This document shows positions 51,143-64,000 of a stretch of DNA of 64,000 nt, in pieces (within the stretch, counting starts at the first letter, position 1; each line of letters begins with the position of its first letter). This DNA comes from Azolla caroliniana (Eukaryota; Plantae; Polypodiophyta), in assembly GCA_043228905.1 (NCBI GenBank), contig JBHGNT010000013.1, positions 11,532,001 to 11,596,000 on the forward strand, in the 5' to 3' direction. The position numbers were made by a program, and so were the translations under genes. The notes below the pieces were generated by a model. That model did not search any database. It was not told where the DNA came from and worked only from the letters and a program-made list of their open reading frames with translations.

Positions 51143-54100
51143 GTTATGGCACAAGCGGATTGGCCATATCAACCTCCAAAAGCTCAAGGCAATGCAATCA
51201 AAAGGAGTTTTCATCGGGCTCCCGACATTCACGGAGAAAGAGATTGAAGGCGTGTGTGCCACTTGCCAATTCGGCAAGCAACATTGGCACCCATTTCTGA
51301 AGGAGCGGAACGTAAGCAAAGGCATAGTCGACGTAATTCATTCCGATGTATGGGGTTCAGCTCAAACGGCGACATCCGGCAGATGCCGATACTACGTGAC
51401 CTTCATCGACGACTTCTCTAGGCACACTTGGATCTACCCAATGCGGCAAAAGAGCGCAGTGTTCGGACACTTCCAAAAATTCAAGAATGAAGTCGAGAAA
51501 GCCACGGGCTGACATGTACGATGTCTTCGGTCGGATGGAGGCAAGGAATATTTCTCGGATGAGTTTACGGCGTATCTACGGAAAGAAGGAATTCGGCGAG
51601 AGTTTTCGTGTCAACATATGCCACAACAAAACAGAGTGGCCGAACGAAAGAGTCGGCACATCCTCGAAGTAGCACGGGCCATTCTGAACGAAAAGCACGT
51701 GCCAAAGTCATACTGGGCAGAAGCGGCTAACACGGCCGTATACCTCATAAATCAGTGTACGACATCGAGAGTGCACGAACTTACTCCTCACGAGAAGTTT
51801 TTCGGAAAGAAGCCGGACCTATCACATGTTCGGATATTCAGCTCCATTGCGTACGTGCACATCCCCGACGAGAAGTGTCAAAAGATTGACCTGAAGTCGG
51901 AGAAATGTATCCTCGTAGGATACTCACTCGAGCAATAAGGGTACAAGTGCTACAACCCCTCAACTCGAAAATCTTGAGTAAGTCGAGATGTCGTTTTCGA
52001 CGAGTCCGCATCCTGGTACGCAGCACCAGAGACAACTTCGACTCCGATTCCGCTCAACCGAGATTCCGCCGAACAAGAGATAGAGGATGAAGATCTCCTT
52101 ACGCACATGTTCGAAGAACGTCCGATCACAACCCGACTGAGCGGACCACAAGAGCCTCCGAGCGATCAAAGCACATCTCAACCGAGTCCGAAGCTAGACA
52201 AAGGGAAAGCCAAAATGCCAAAGTATGAAGACGATCACTTCGACTACAACGAATCGACTCACTCCCTCGATAGTGAGTTCGAAGACCTTGAGATCCAGAC
52301 AAATGGAGCAGAGAAAGCCGTAGTATCCACAAATGAGAAGCTCCGCCAATCCACCAATGAAAAAAACCTCGTAAGCCGATTTGGCTACAACGATTATATG
52401 GCGTACCATTACGCCTTTATGATGAAGGTAGCAACAGTACAGGAGCCGGAAACCTTTTCCGGAGCCGCAAAGGACCCGCGATGGATCGAAGCAATGAACG
52501 AGGAGATGCGTGCACTACGCGAGAACGAGACATGGGATCTCGTTCCCCACTCACCGCACAAGAAGGCAATTGGCTGCAGATGGATCTACAAGGTGAAGTA
52601 TAATGCCGACGGCTCCGTAAACCGCTACAAAGCTCGACTCGTAGTGAAAAGATACGCACAAACACATGGAATCAACTATGAAGAGACCTTTGCCCCGGTG
52701 GCAAAGATGACGACGGTGCGGACCATAATTGCACTCGCAGTGGCGAAAGGGTGGCACCTCCACCAGATGGACGTCAAGAACGCTTTCCTCCAAGGTGAAT
52801 TAGAAGAGGAGGTGTACATGGTACAACCTCCCAACTTCGAATCACGCATTCATCCAAAAGTCGTGTGCAAACTCAAGAAGCCACTCTACGGCCTCAAGCT
52901 AGCACCGCGTGCTTGGGATTCGAAGATTACGCAATATCTTCATCAAATCGGATTTCGAATGTCGAAATCCGACAACTCCCTCTACGTACACCACGACTCT
53001 AAAAGTCTAATTGTCATCATCCTCTACGTGGATGATCTGGTTATTGGAGGTGAGCATTTAGTCAACATCAACAAGGTGAAGTCCCTCCTCTCCAACATAT
53101 TCGAGATGACAGACATGAAGGAGCTCCATTACTTCCTAGAAATCAAGGTAATTCGGACTACAACCGGCATTTTGATCTCTCAACGGCACTTCATCCTCAA
53201 CTTGTTATACAAGTTCGGGATGACTGAGTGCAAATCGGTCTCTATGAAAACCTCAAACTAGATGCTAACTCCAGCACAGACGAGAGCGACCCGAGCCAAT
53301 ATCATCAACTGATCGGGTGCCTCATCTATCTCACGATCACTCGACCCAACCTTAGCTATCCAGTTGGACTCGTTCGCCAATTCATGCAAACTCTACGAGA
53401 TATCCATTTCGATTGCGTTAAGCGAGTATTATGATATGTGAGCAGCACAATGGATTACGACGTTCTCTACGCATCGGCCCCACCAATATGACTCAAAGGG
53501 TACACAAACGTGGATTGGGCTGGCGACAAAGTTGATCGACGATCGACCTCCGGATTTGTCTTCTCGCTCAGTAGCGGAGCAATATTTTGGAGTAGTAAGA
53601 AGCAGCCTACTGTCGCACTTTCGAGTACGGAGGCCGAATACGGGGGTGCAGCCGTAGCTGCATGTGAAGTCGTATGGCTCAAGAGGATTTTGAAGGATCT
53701 AGGTGTCAGGTGGTCATGCCCATGGAATTTCAGATTCCGAGTCTACAGATACAGGTCTGAGAGCGATTAAGCGAGAAAGAATCCGAAAGAATATGGTTAG
53801 AAACATTGTGTGAATTGGAGGAACACCGGATCATCAGTCTGCTGCAATTAGAGCTCGAGCAATGGCGACGGAAAGCTTTTGTGAACCAACACCGAAGGGG
53901 CAACGAGAAGGACTTCGGAATCGGCAAACCGGTATTGGTATTCCAGACCCGGATAGGCAGCATGCCAGGGAAGTTGAGGTTCAGGTGGACCGGACCATTT
54001 TGGAAGAGAGTTTAAAGGGTCTTATCAACTTGGTACGTTAGCCGAGGAAGTACTCGAGAAGTGGGTAAACCGCTTCCGGCTTAGACCCTACAAAGGACCG

Positions 54101-55380
54101 ATGTTGGTAAACCCGTTCAAGGAACCGGAGGAGCGTAAGGACCAGGCAACCGGAGAAGTGGTTGGCGAAGAAGAAGTTATCAACGCAATCCCGACGGAAC
54201 CGGAGCCGGTAAACAAGAAAGTGTTGGATCACTCTACGTCACTCGGTGCGACAGGAGACTAAGTTGTACCGGAAAAAAAAAGATATTCGAGATATCGAAC
54301 GGGCATGATGAAAAGGTGATGGGCAGCAAGAAATATTGGGTTGAACTAGCACAATGGCTTACTATGCTACTTCCACCGACACACGTCATCAAACCAAAGA
54401 AACGGGCACAACAGGAGACCACGCCAAAGCAGTCATCCAAACGACAGCAACTCCTAGCCAAACATACCCCCGGATGGACAAAAGGGGAAGCATCCCGACA
54501 ATCAGAAGAAGTTCGGGAGCCTTGGAGAGAAGCAACAATGGAGAATGTTCCAAAGAAAATAGAAAAACCAATTAAGATAAAGCTACACTGACATGTTAGG
54601 GAACAGCCAAAACCGGTGTCGAAGGCCCACCAAGAAACCGTGGAAGAGGAGGACGAGGAAGAAGATGAAGAAACCCTCCAACGTCGGCCGAGGCAATGCG
54701 AAATTGAGCAGCATAGGGAAGGATCGGGTCCGGGGAAGGACAGTATACCGATTCCCCAATCAACGGTGGTGGACCCAAGACCTGAGGTAGAGACGACAGA
54801 AACGCCAGAAGCGGTGAGCACGGTTCAGCATGAACCGGAGCTTGAACAACCAATATCATCAGGTCTTAATAAGCAGCAAAGGCATGAGGAGCGTCGGTCG
54901 AAACAAACACCAAAACAGGAAGATTAGGCTACATCGAGGATCAGAGAGGAGCAAGGAAGGATGTCGGAGCCAGTGAAGTAGTTTGTTGCACTTGCACAAC
55001 ACGGAACCTGTCGGCAATGGCTGGAGTGGCTCAGAAAGCAGGTTTCCAGTGTGGCTAATCGGATGGAAGCAAAATGAAGGCAAGGCCAGAGCAAGCCGAA
55101 CGGTTGTTAGCGGCAGCAAAGGAATTAGAAATGGCATGGAACCAGATCCAGAGTTTAGAAGAGGAGTTGGCCAGGACCAACGAATTAGCTAAAATTATGG
55201 CAAACATGGGCCAAGGCACTAGTACAGAAACGGAGCTAGTAGAACCGGGAAATATACAAAAGAAAGCTCCTTAAAAAGAATTAGAGTCGGAGGCGAGCAT
55301 AGCCCCGATAAAAGAACATGATTAAGAGAAGGAAATGCAAACACTAAAGGACGAATTGGCCGCTCAAGAGGCATTAAGGG

Positions 55381-58300
55381 TATAGAAACAAATAGCGTGC
55401 GGAAGCAATAGAAAACAAAAAACAAGTTTAATGGAGAGCTTAACAGTACGCGGGAGAGACAGAGAGAAAGCACACAGAAACTCAATTCAAAACACTACTC
55501 AGTCTATACATCGTATGTGTTCAGCGAACACTTTTATACAAGTCCATACAGACTGACAGAAGTACGATGTACTTCAATGCTCACATGACCGTCTGACACT
55601 AACTATGTGATATTAACTCCCTAGTAGACTAGCTGCTACTTGGCTTCCGGTTACTGCTTGATCTAGCTAACCGGCTCCCCAGCTCACCGGCTCACCGATC
55701 TGGCTCATCGATTTGGATGTCGATCCGGCTCAGGCTTATTCAGCCGATCCGGATCTGGTTGAGCTTGCCGCTCAACACTCCCCCTCAAGCTCAACTTGAG
55801 GTCATATCGTAGTGTCAGTCTCCATGGCAGCCTGTCCATCCACCCGGCTCCTTTTGGCATCACTCCGCCTTGCTCGCGCTCCTCGTCCGGTCCGGTCCCG
55901 TTTGCCGCGACCCTTGTGTTTCTGCGCATCTCGACCTCCTTGGTTGGCTTGTCTACTCAACATGCCCAAATCAGCTCCCTCACTGTTGTGACTTCGGCAC
56001 TTGTCAACCTGCTGATTCCTTCGTGTTGGCGTCGACTTTTGCTGCCATCTCGTCCACTTGGCCTTGAATTGATCCGGTTCTTCTGAATCCTTCTGTAGAA
56101 CCGAATCGGTTGTCTCCAATTCGTTCCAACTCTTGTCCGAATCAGTTGCTCCCAATTCGTCTTGTGGTTCCAGGCCCTTCACCACATCGGACCATGTCCG
56201 GGTCTTGGCCTTCTTCTTCTGGTCGGCTCTGTCCTTCTTGACTCTGCCTCCGCTGCCGCTTGTTCCGACTTGTTTGATGTGTCAACTTCCTTTGTCGACT
56301 CAGCTCCTTTCTTCTTCTTGTCTCTCTCTTTATCGATTCTTCCCTCACCGGTGCAATCGGCAATCTCTTTGCCTTTGCCCGTTCCGGTGTCTTTGCCCAT
56401 TCTACCCCTCAACTGTGGCACGTCGAGATGCTGAACACCAAGCATTTCGGTGAAGTGTTGCAACTTGTCCGATCCGAGCAGTTTGGTGAAGATGTCAGCA
56501 ACTTGCGGATCCGTATGAACATACCGAAGTTCGACTTCATCGCTCAGGATGCGCTCACGCACAAAGTGGTAGTGCACTTCGATGTGCTTTGTGCGAGCAT
56601 GGAATACGGGGTTCTTGGCGAGCTGCATGTTTCTTATGTTGTCGCAGTAGATCAGGATCAGGGTCGACACCTCGATCCGCAGGTCTTGCAGCAGTCGCCG
56701 AAGCCAAATGGCTTCACATGTGGCAACGGTAGCGCCCTGGTATTCAGCCTCAATGCTCAACAGAGCCACTGTTGGCTACTTTTTGCTACTCCACGCAACA
56801 ACCACGCTACCAAGGGAAAACATATAGCCAGAAGTGGAACGGCGATCTGATGCATTGCCGGCCCAGTCGGCATCCGTGTAGCCGACTAGCTCTTCGGTCC
56901 TACCGCGTCGGTATAACAGTCCCCGGTCCTTCGTGCCGCTCACATACCACAGTATTCGGTGCGCGCACTGAAGATGCTCGACGATCGGCTTCTGCATGAA
57001 TTGACTAATCACACTGACCGGATAACTGATGTCGGGTCGGGTGATGGTCAAATATATAAAGCTCCCGACAATTTGTCAAAACCGTTTCTCATCGCAGGCC
57101 GGTCCGGAGTTGGCACAGAGCTTCTGTTTTCGGTCCAAGGGTTTAGAAATAGGGCGGCATTCCGTTATGCCGAACTTGTACAGCATATTCAACACATAGT
57201 GTCTTTGTGAGAGCAATATGCCGTCGGGGGTTCGGATCACCTCGATCTCAAGGAAATAGTGAAGGTCCCCCAGATCCTTCATCTCAAATGTGTCCAACAA
57301 CTGGGACTTGACTCGGTAGATTTCATCGAGTCCGGGTCAAGTGATGACCAGATCATCAACATACAACAAGATCCAAACCGGACTGTCCGGACCTTGCCAA
57401 ATGAACAACGAAGAGTCGGACTTGGAGGCCGCAAACCCCAACTTACGCAAACGGTGTGTAATCTTCGCATTCCAAGCTCGGGGGGCTTGCTTCATGCCAT
57501 AAAGTGACTTCTTCAGCTGCCATACCGCCAACTTGTTCATCTCTGTCTAGAAACCGGGAGGTTGGGTCATAAAGACCTCTTCTTCTAGATCGCCTTGAAG
57601 AAATGCATTCTTCACGTCCATCTGGTGAAGATGCCACTCCCTTGCCGCAGCAACCGCCAACACCACACAAACCATCATCATCTTCGCTACCGGAGCGAAG
57701 GTCTCGTCGTAGTCGATTCCGTGGGTCTACGCGTATCCCTTCGCCACTAACCGGGCCTTGTACCGGTTAACTGAACCATCGGCGTTGTACTTTACCTTGT
57801 ACACCCACTTGCATCTGATCAGTTTACAGTGACGGGAAGGGTCAACCAGGTCCCATGTCTCGTTGGCATCAAGTGCCTGCATCTCTTCTTCCATAGCGGC
57901 ACGCCAATGTGCGTCCTTTGCCGCTTCTGCGTAGCTCTCTAGCTCACGCACTTCCGCCACCTTGGTCATGTACGCATAGTGATGTGCCATGTACTCATTG
58001 CACTCGTACCGCTTAACAGGTTCCTTCTGGTGGGTTGACCGGCATAATCCACCATTACCTGGTTTGAGGCCCTTCTTGGCCGGTTCGGTCTTCGGTGTAG
58101 AAGAACCGTCATTTTCCTTTCCGGAGTCGGATCTGCTCTGATCCGACTCATCATTACCGGTTTCATAATCCGGCATCTTCTTCTTCCCTTTCTCTTTGCA
58201 CGTGAACCGTCTCCTCGGTTCCTTACGCGGGGAAAGCACGGCAGAGTCTCCACTACTCATCGGTTCCTCTTCTGACTGGTCGGATTGACCCAGTCTCTCG

Positions 58301-61188
58301 TTCGGCCCACTCAACCGAAACAATTCCGGACTCTCTTCTTGAGTCCCAGATTCATCATCTTCTAACTGGGCCGGTTCAGGCTCACTATCCTCATCCTCCG
58401 GTATCGGGTCGGGGTCAGAAGTCGGAGCTGGTAAGGCATACCATGATGCCGTCTCATCAAACTCAACATCGCGGCTAACTCGGACCTGCTTCGTCCGAGG
58501 GTTATAACACTTATACCCCTTTTGCTCATGTGAGTAACCGACGAGGATGCACTTCTCCGATTTTGCATCCAGCTTCCTCCGCTTCTCATCCGGCACATGC
58601 ACATATGCTATGCTGCCGAAAATCCGAAGGTGTCTCAAATTTGGCTTGCGCCCGAAATACAGCTCATGCGCGGACACCTTGTCACCGATTCGGTTTTGGA
58701 TGTAGACGGTCGTCCGGACCGCCTCCGCCCAATAGAAATGGGGCATGCCCTTCTCTTCCAGCATTGCCCTTGCCGCGTCGACAAGCGATTGGTTCTTCCT
58801 TTCGGCCACATCGTTTTGCTCTGGTGTGTATCTGCAGCTAAACTCTCTCCGAATTCCTGTTTGTTGCAGATAACTGTTGAATTGGCCGGAAAAATATTCT
58901 TTTCCGCCATCTCACCGTAGGCACTTGATCTTCCTCTCTGATTCCCGTTCCACCATGCTCTGGAGGTTCCGGAAACAGTCGAAGACTTCGCTCTTCCGTT
59001 CAATGAGGTAGATCCATGTGTGTCGGCTATAGTCGTCGATGAAGGAGACGAAGTATCGACTCCCGCCAAGACTCACGTTCTGTACCGGTCCCCATACATC
59101 CAAATGAATAAGGTCGAGCTTATTACAGCTACGATTTCGTTTGGCAGGGAATGGAAACCGGTGTTGTTTCCCGAGTTGGCGAGCTTCACATACTTGGGCC
59201 TTCCGGCCACTGAACTTCGGCAAACCAAAAACAACTTGTTTCGTTTGCAAGTCTTGAAGCCTCCGGTAATTGACGTGGCCGATCCGCTTGTGCCAGAGAT
59301 TGATGTCTAATTCCATCTTCTGTCCTTTGGCGAACAAAGCGGTGCCGACATCATTGGTGTCGAGGATGAACATCCTCCCGTCTCTGTGCCCTTGCGCAAT
59401 AATCTGGCCCTCCTCCTCGATGAAGCACTCGAGATGCGTAAACCGCACCTGCATTCCCTGGTCGACGGTCTGTCCGACCGACACCAGGTTCTTCGTGATA
59501 GTCAGGACGTGTAATACATTCATCAGCTTCCCCCTCTATCCGACGTGGCTCAAAGGGACTTCACCAACATGCACAATTGGGTGAGGAGTGTCGTCTCCGG
59601 TTTCGACAACTCCCGGTCTTTCCGGTTTCTCCAGAAAGGAGAACCACTCTTTGTGGTTTATCATGTGATTTGATGCACCGGAATCAACGTACCACACTTC
59701 CTCTGATTTGGAAGTGGTCTTCTTCATCGAATTTGCCTCGTGCGTCATCACCAAGGTTGGCCCCTTACCGGTCTTCCCGGTTCCGGATCCTTGCGATCCT
59801 TGCACGTAGTGCGAGTTTTGCCGATTCTCCCGACCAGTTTTGTCGGATCCCGATCTGTCCGAATTGGCACGCTTCTTCCAACACTCGCTTTCTCTATGGC
59901 CCTTTTTGCCATAGTACCAGCATTCCGTGGCGGATTTGTCTTGCCAGCTTCCGGCGCCGCCTTGACTCCCCCTGGTTGTGGAGGTCCCGGAACTGTTGTC
60001 GGCACGGTCTCTGTGCCGTCGGTCTTGCCCTTGCCGGCCGCCTCCATTGCGTGCCAACCCACCTTGTCCACCACGCCCACAGGGTCGATCCGCCTCCGTG
60101 TACAACATCCGGTTGTTGGTGGGTGCACTTGTTGACGCACCGGTGTGGTTCTCCTCTACAAGGAGCATCGATTGTAAGTCGAAAAATGACTACGTATTCT
60201 CCCTCGTACATACTGTTGTCCGGAAAGCTTGGAACTTAGACGCCAGGCCCCCCAAGACAGACCTGTACCATCTCGTCTTCCTCTATAGTGACGTTGATAG
60301 AGGCAAGCGAGTCACAAATCTCTTTGATTTGGGCCGTGTAATCAGCCACCAACATGTCCTTCTGTCGGACATTGCTCAACTCCTATCGGAGTTGCAGCTT
60401 CCGGGTTGTAGTGCTTGCGGCGAACACCTTCTTCAAGTTTCCCCAAGCCTCTTTCAGCATCTTGGCATCTCAGACGTGGCTCAGCAGCTGGTCTCCAACA
60501 CTGGACGCAAAGCAGTACATTACTCTACTTACCGATTGTTCCTACACTAGGAAGTCCTTGTGTGCCGCATTAGGTGTTGTGTCGTTAGCTCCATCGACAT
60601 AGCTCCATTAACCATGCCCAAGCATGTACTGGTGCATCTTGTATGACCAAGATGCGTAGTTGGATCTATCGAGCTTCTCCACTAGGAGCGAGCTAGCCAT
60701 TCCTCTATCCATTTGTTTTCTTTTTTTGTTCTTTACAAAGGTTAGATTTTCTTCTTGCGAAAGCGAATGTCGGCTGCAGAGGTTCTCAACCCTCGCGCTC
60801 TGATACCATGTAGAAACAAATAGTGTGCGGAAGCAATAGAAAACAAAAAACAAAAAACAGGTTTAATGGAGAGCTTAACAGTACGCGGGAGAGACAGAGA
60901 GAGAGCACACAGAAACTCAATTCAAAAAACTACTCAGTCTATACATCGTATGTGTTCAGCCAACACTTTTATACAAGTCCATACGGACTGACAGAAGTAC
61001 GGTGTACTTCAATGCTCACACGAGCGTTTGACACTAACTACGAGATATTAACTCCCTAGTAGACTAGCTGCTACTTGGCTTCCGGTTACTGCTTGATCCA
61101 GCTAACCAGCTCCCCAGCTCACCGGCTCACCAATCCGGCTCATCCATCTGGATGCCGATCCGGATCCTGTTGAGCTTGCCGCTCAACA
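55381..61188 (-). mobile_element. Full-length decayed Copia family-2 element (LTRs 60809-61188 and 55381-55777)
   Basis: PBS 60797-60808; PPT 55778-55787; imperfect TSD AAGGG/AAGTG; gag, PR, INT, RT and RH fragments. Confidence 0.95.
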
Positions 61189-62899
61189 AAGTGAAAGACA
61201 GAGAGAACTAAGGAAGACAGGCGAGGAGGAGAAGAGGAGAACCGAAGAGAGTCTCCAAAAGATGCAGGGAAGTTATGATCGGCTGAAGGAAGAGAAGGAT
61301 AGCACGCTGCAAGAGAAGGATAAGCTGCAGAGAATGGTGGAGACAGAGATCGAAAGGTTAAAGGAAGAAATCCGGCAGCAGAAGGATCGGGATGCTCCGT
61401 TGTGGTCACAGGTCAACCAGCGTCTAAAGCGGAAAACGGAGGACTTCGAGAAGTTGTACCGGGACCATAAGCCGTCGGAGGCTGACACAAGAAGTTGGGA
61501 TCGGATTATGATCGGCAACAAGAAAAGCGAACGTTGGAGGAGGTGTCGAAAGAACGCATGGAGCTCACGTCGCAACACTATCAGGAGTTAGAACAGGCAA
61601 AGACGGTTTTGGATAGGGCACAGACAACCTACCAAACCAAAATTGATGGAGATGAAATGCAAGTGACCGTTGCAGCAGACCTCATGATGCAGCTCAAGAA
61701 CGAGGAAGATGGCATGGAGGACAGGATGAAATTGGGCATCAAAAGAATCTGGATGATTGTTGCAGCATGGAGGGACCGAACAAAGATAAATATAGACGAT
61801 TATTCGGCGACGGTATGGAATGAATGGTCCAAACAAGCAGTGAAACTATAGTTGCTCCGGGCATATGCAGAAAATCGGAAGAAGGCCGGCGACAACTTCT
61901 ACAAAATGGATGAAGAAAGTATTGTTACTATCGGGGAAGAACTATCTAATGATTTTTATACCTTGGCGGAAACCCAAATAGAGGTTGTCCAGAAGCTCCT
62001 TGACAGGCTTGAAGATGATCAACTTGACGTGCAATCGCAGTTCGAGAGCTATGAGCAGGAGTGATGGCGGAAGGAAGCTAAAAAGCGGGCGGAGCAAATC
62101 AACATTAGTGATGAGGAGCAACCGACAAAGCCACAATCGCAGCCAGATCAGCAGACAGAAGGAGTCGGAAATGAGCAAATGGAAGAAGTTGGAACGGAAC
62201 AGCTGGAAGGAGCCAAAGCAGAGCAACAACAACAACAATCGGAGCAACAACAGCAAGAAGAACCACTCGAGCTTTTGGATCAAAGTATCCTGGACTTACT
62301 TGATGAGGATTGAGGGAGATGACCCGTGGGTTCGACGTGCAAGGCATTGTCCCTTGGGCGTGTCATGTGTTGGCCTAGAGGATGATCCGGAGGGATAGTG
62401 GGTACAAGGACGAGTCGGAGAAATGTATTAGAAGCATAATTATTAGTTAGGAAATATTATAGGAACGGACGGATCCGGATAGTTGTACCAATCCGGATCC
62501 GCACCGATTAATAGTGTCAGTAGCCGATAAGGCACCATTTTGTATTTCCTTCCGGATGCCTATAAAAGGGTCCAGAATCGATGTAATTGTTTAACAAAAG
62601 TAATAAGAGATTAGTGTTTGGTTTTAATTCTATTGGGTCTTTGAGTACTTGCTGTTCTGCGCTTCAATTTTTAATCTTACGCATGTTATAACTACTCTGT
62701 TGTGTCTTAACAATCCGGAACGTAACCGAAATTAGTCGGATCGGAATCGAATAACCGGATAACATCCATCCCTTCACCACCCCTTTGGTGAAGTGTTCCG
62801 GAAAGAACACTCTGTGTTTGAGGCTAAGTCCAACCCAAAGTAAACAATAATTAGTAGATCAATGCTTCTAATTACTATGTAATGTTGGCTATCTTAAAA

Positions 62900-64000
62900 A
62901 TCTACTTTGGTTCTCTAACTAGTGTCAAGCATTTTGCATAGAGTTTTTATGTCATTTAAGTGTTTTACATCAAGTGTTATTACAATATTTTGATGGGAAC
63001 TTTCTACCAACAAAGCTCAATCAACACATATCCTTGCCACCCTTTTGTGTTGGCAATCTATCAATTGGCAATTATGATTAAGCTCTCTTATGACATCGTT
63101 GTCCAAACACAACCAACATTGGTCAAACGGCACTCACTAGAGTGTAGAGTTTAGTAATTCTCTATCACCCAACGATTTATGTCCTTGGACTGGTAAATGT
63201 TTGAAATGCTATTTTTAGTGCCATTTAGGAATACAATAACCTTAGGAAAGATTGCTTATTCAATATTAAGTACTAAATACTCACACCACAACATTATTTA
63301 TCATAATTTAATGAAAGCTTGGTTAATGGTGAAAGTTTCACTACCATGGTAAATGACTCAATGTATATGATGGTGGCATCCACTGCTCAACAACAATGTT
63401 ACCATCCATTTCATGCAAAAATGTTACTTTGGCAAGCAATCATTGGCAAGTAGTTTTGGCAAAAACTTTAAAACATCACCAGATTTCAAATGGGGCATGT
63501 TTTTTCTATACAACGATTTAAGGACGAAGTCATGCACAGATTCTTCACATGTCCAATAGCTAGAGCCATTGTTGGTGCACCTTCACCCTCAATAACTAGG
63601 ACACGTTTGTTAATAATTAGGAAACTTATGTCACTCTACATCGGTTTTCACCCTGATATTTGAAGCTTTATCCTCCTCATCATATATGGTAATGCTTGAC
63701 TACTTTAGGTATTGGAATCTATGATCACAATTGGAGTACATTGGTTGAAAGGAATTTTCACGATCAACTGAGGATGAAAATAACTTAGTGATGTACAAAG
63801 GAATACAATAACTGTTGGGAACTCTTTACCACCTCTTTTGGCCTACGCCCAAGGGTATTTGGAGGACAAAGGGGTGCATTCTAATTATGGAAACCGACTT
63901 AAACGTTTCCGTCTCCACTTTACAAGATTTTGCAAGAACTCAAGAACCTAAAAAATCATTTAACAAGTTTTAGCATAGGATTACATTAGGTATTTGATAG
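62900..64000 (-). pseudogene. Probable decayed exons of an unidentified gene, possibly a DNA-transposon gene
   Basis: Protein-like minus-strand stretches with stops (..ESVHDFVLKSLYRKNMPHLKSGDVLKF..; ..IRELNHNCQLIDC..). Confidence 0.3.

Larger units (their letters stand above)
39259..53705 (+). mobile_element. Copia family-2 element (5' LTR 39259-39710, PBS 39711, gag-pol to RNase H), hosting a solo LTR and Gypsy E; 3' end deleted
   Basis: Coding sequence rejoins across both insertions (EDVWF, ELWHKR); RT ORF 52107-53261. Confidence 0.92.
37290..62846 (+). mobile_element. Gypsy D, split into 37290-39258 (RT/RH/INT), ~53706-55380 (INT end, accessory ORF) and 61194-62846 (accessory ORF end, 3' LTR 62368-~62846)
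   Basis: Integrase stops at LQNILRKIV and resumes about 40 codons later at VVMPMEFQ; accessory ORF resumes after the Copia at 55381-61188. Joining the first two pieces is inference. Confidence 0.75.

Noticed and set aside
2935-62300. Programmed readthrough or RNA editing explaining in-frame stops
   Set aside because: Stops fall at different positions in each copy, coexist with frameshifts, and fit C>T/G>A decay of methylated DNA.

Overview
Eukaryotic DNA, most likely land plant; a bryophyte/moss host is plausible from the retroelement types but not provable here. About 60 kb (2.9-62.8 kb) is a nested cluster of LTR retrotransposons. It holds five non-chromovirus Ty3/Gypsy copies (PR-RT-RH-INT plus a large extra sense ORF) and two Tnt1/Tork-like Copia copies, one of them intact and very young (14246-19710). 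It also holds six copies or fragments of a second Copia family, two related solo LTRs and a hAT-type MITE. Most copies are decayed by C>T/G>A changes. The AT-rich flanks carry a decayed two-exon gene with hairpin arrays in its intron (left) and decayed unidentified coding sequence (right). The most striking signal is in the three Gypsy copies that keep their 3' LTR junction: the polypurine-tract position is occupied by a tRNA 3'-half mimic (GGGTTCG..CCC..GGGCRTG(C/T)CA) ending exactly 2 nt before the LTR. This is an inverted second primer-binding site and suggests tRNA- or tRNA-mimic-based priming. The same elements carry a conserved ~900-aa accessory protein.
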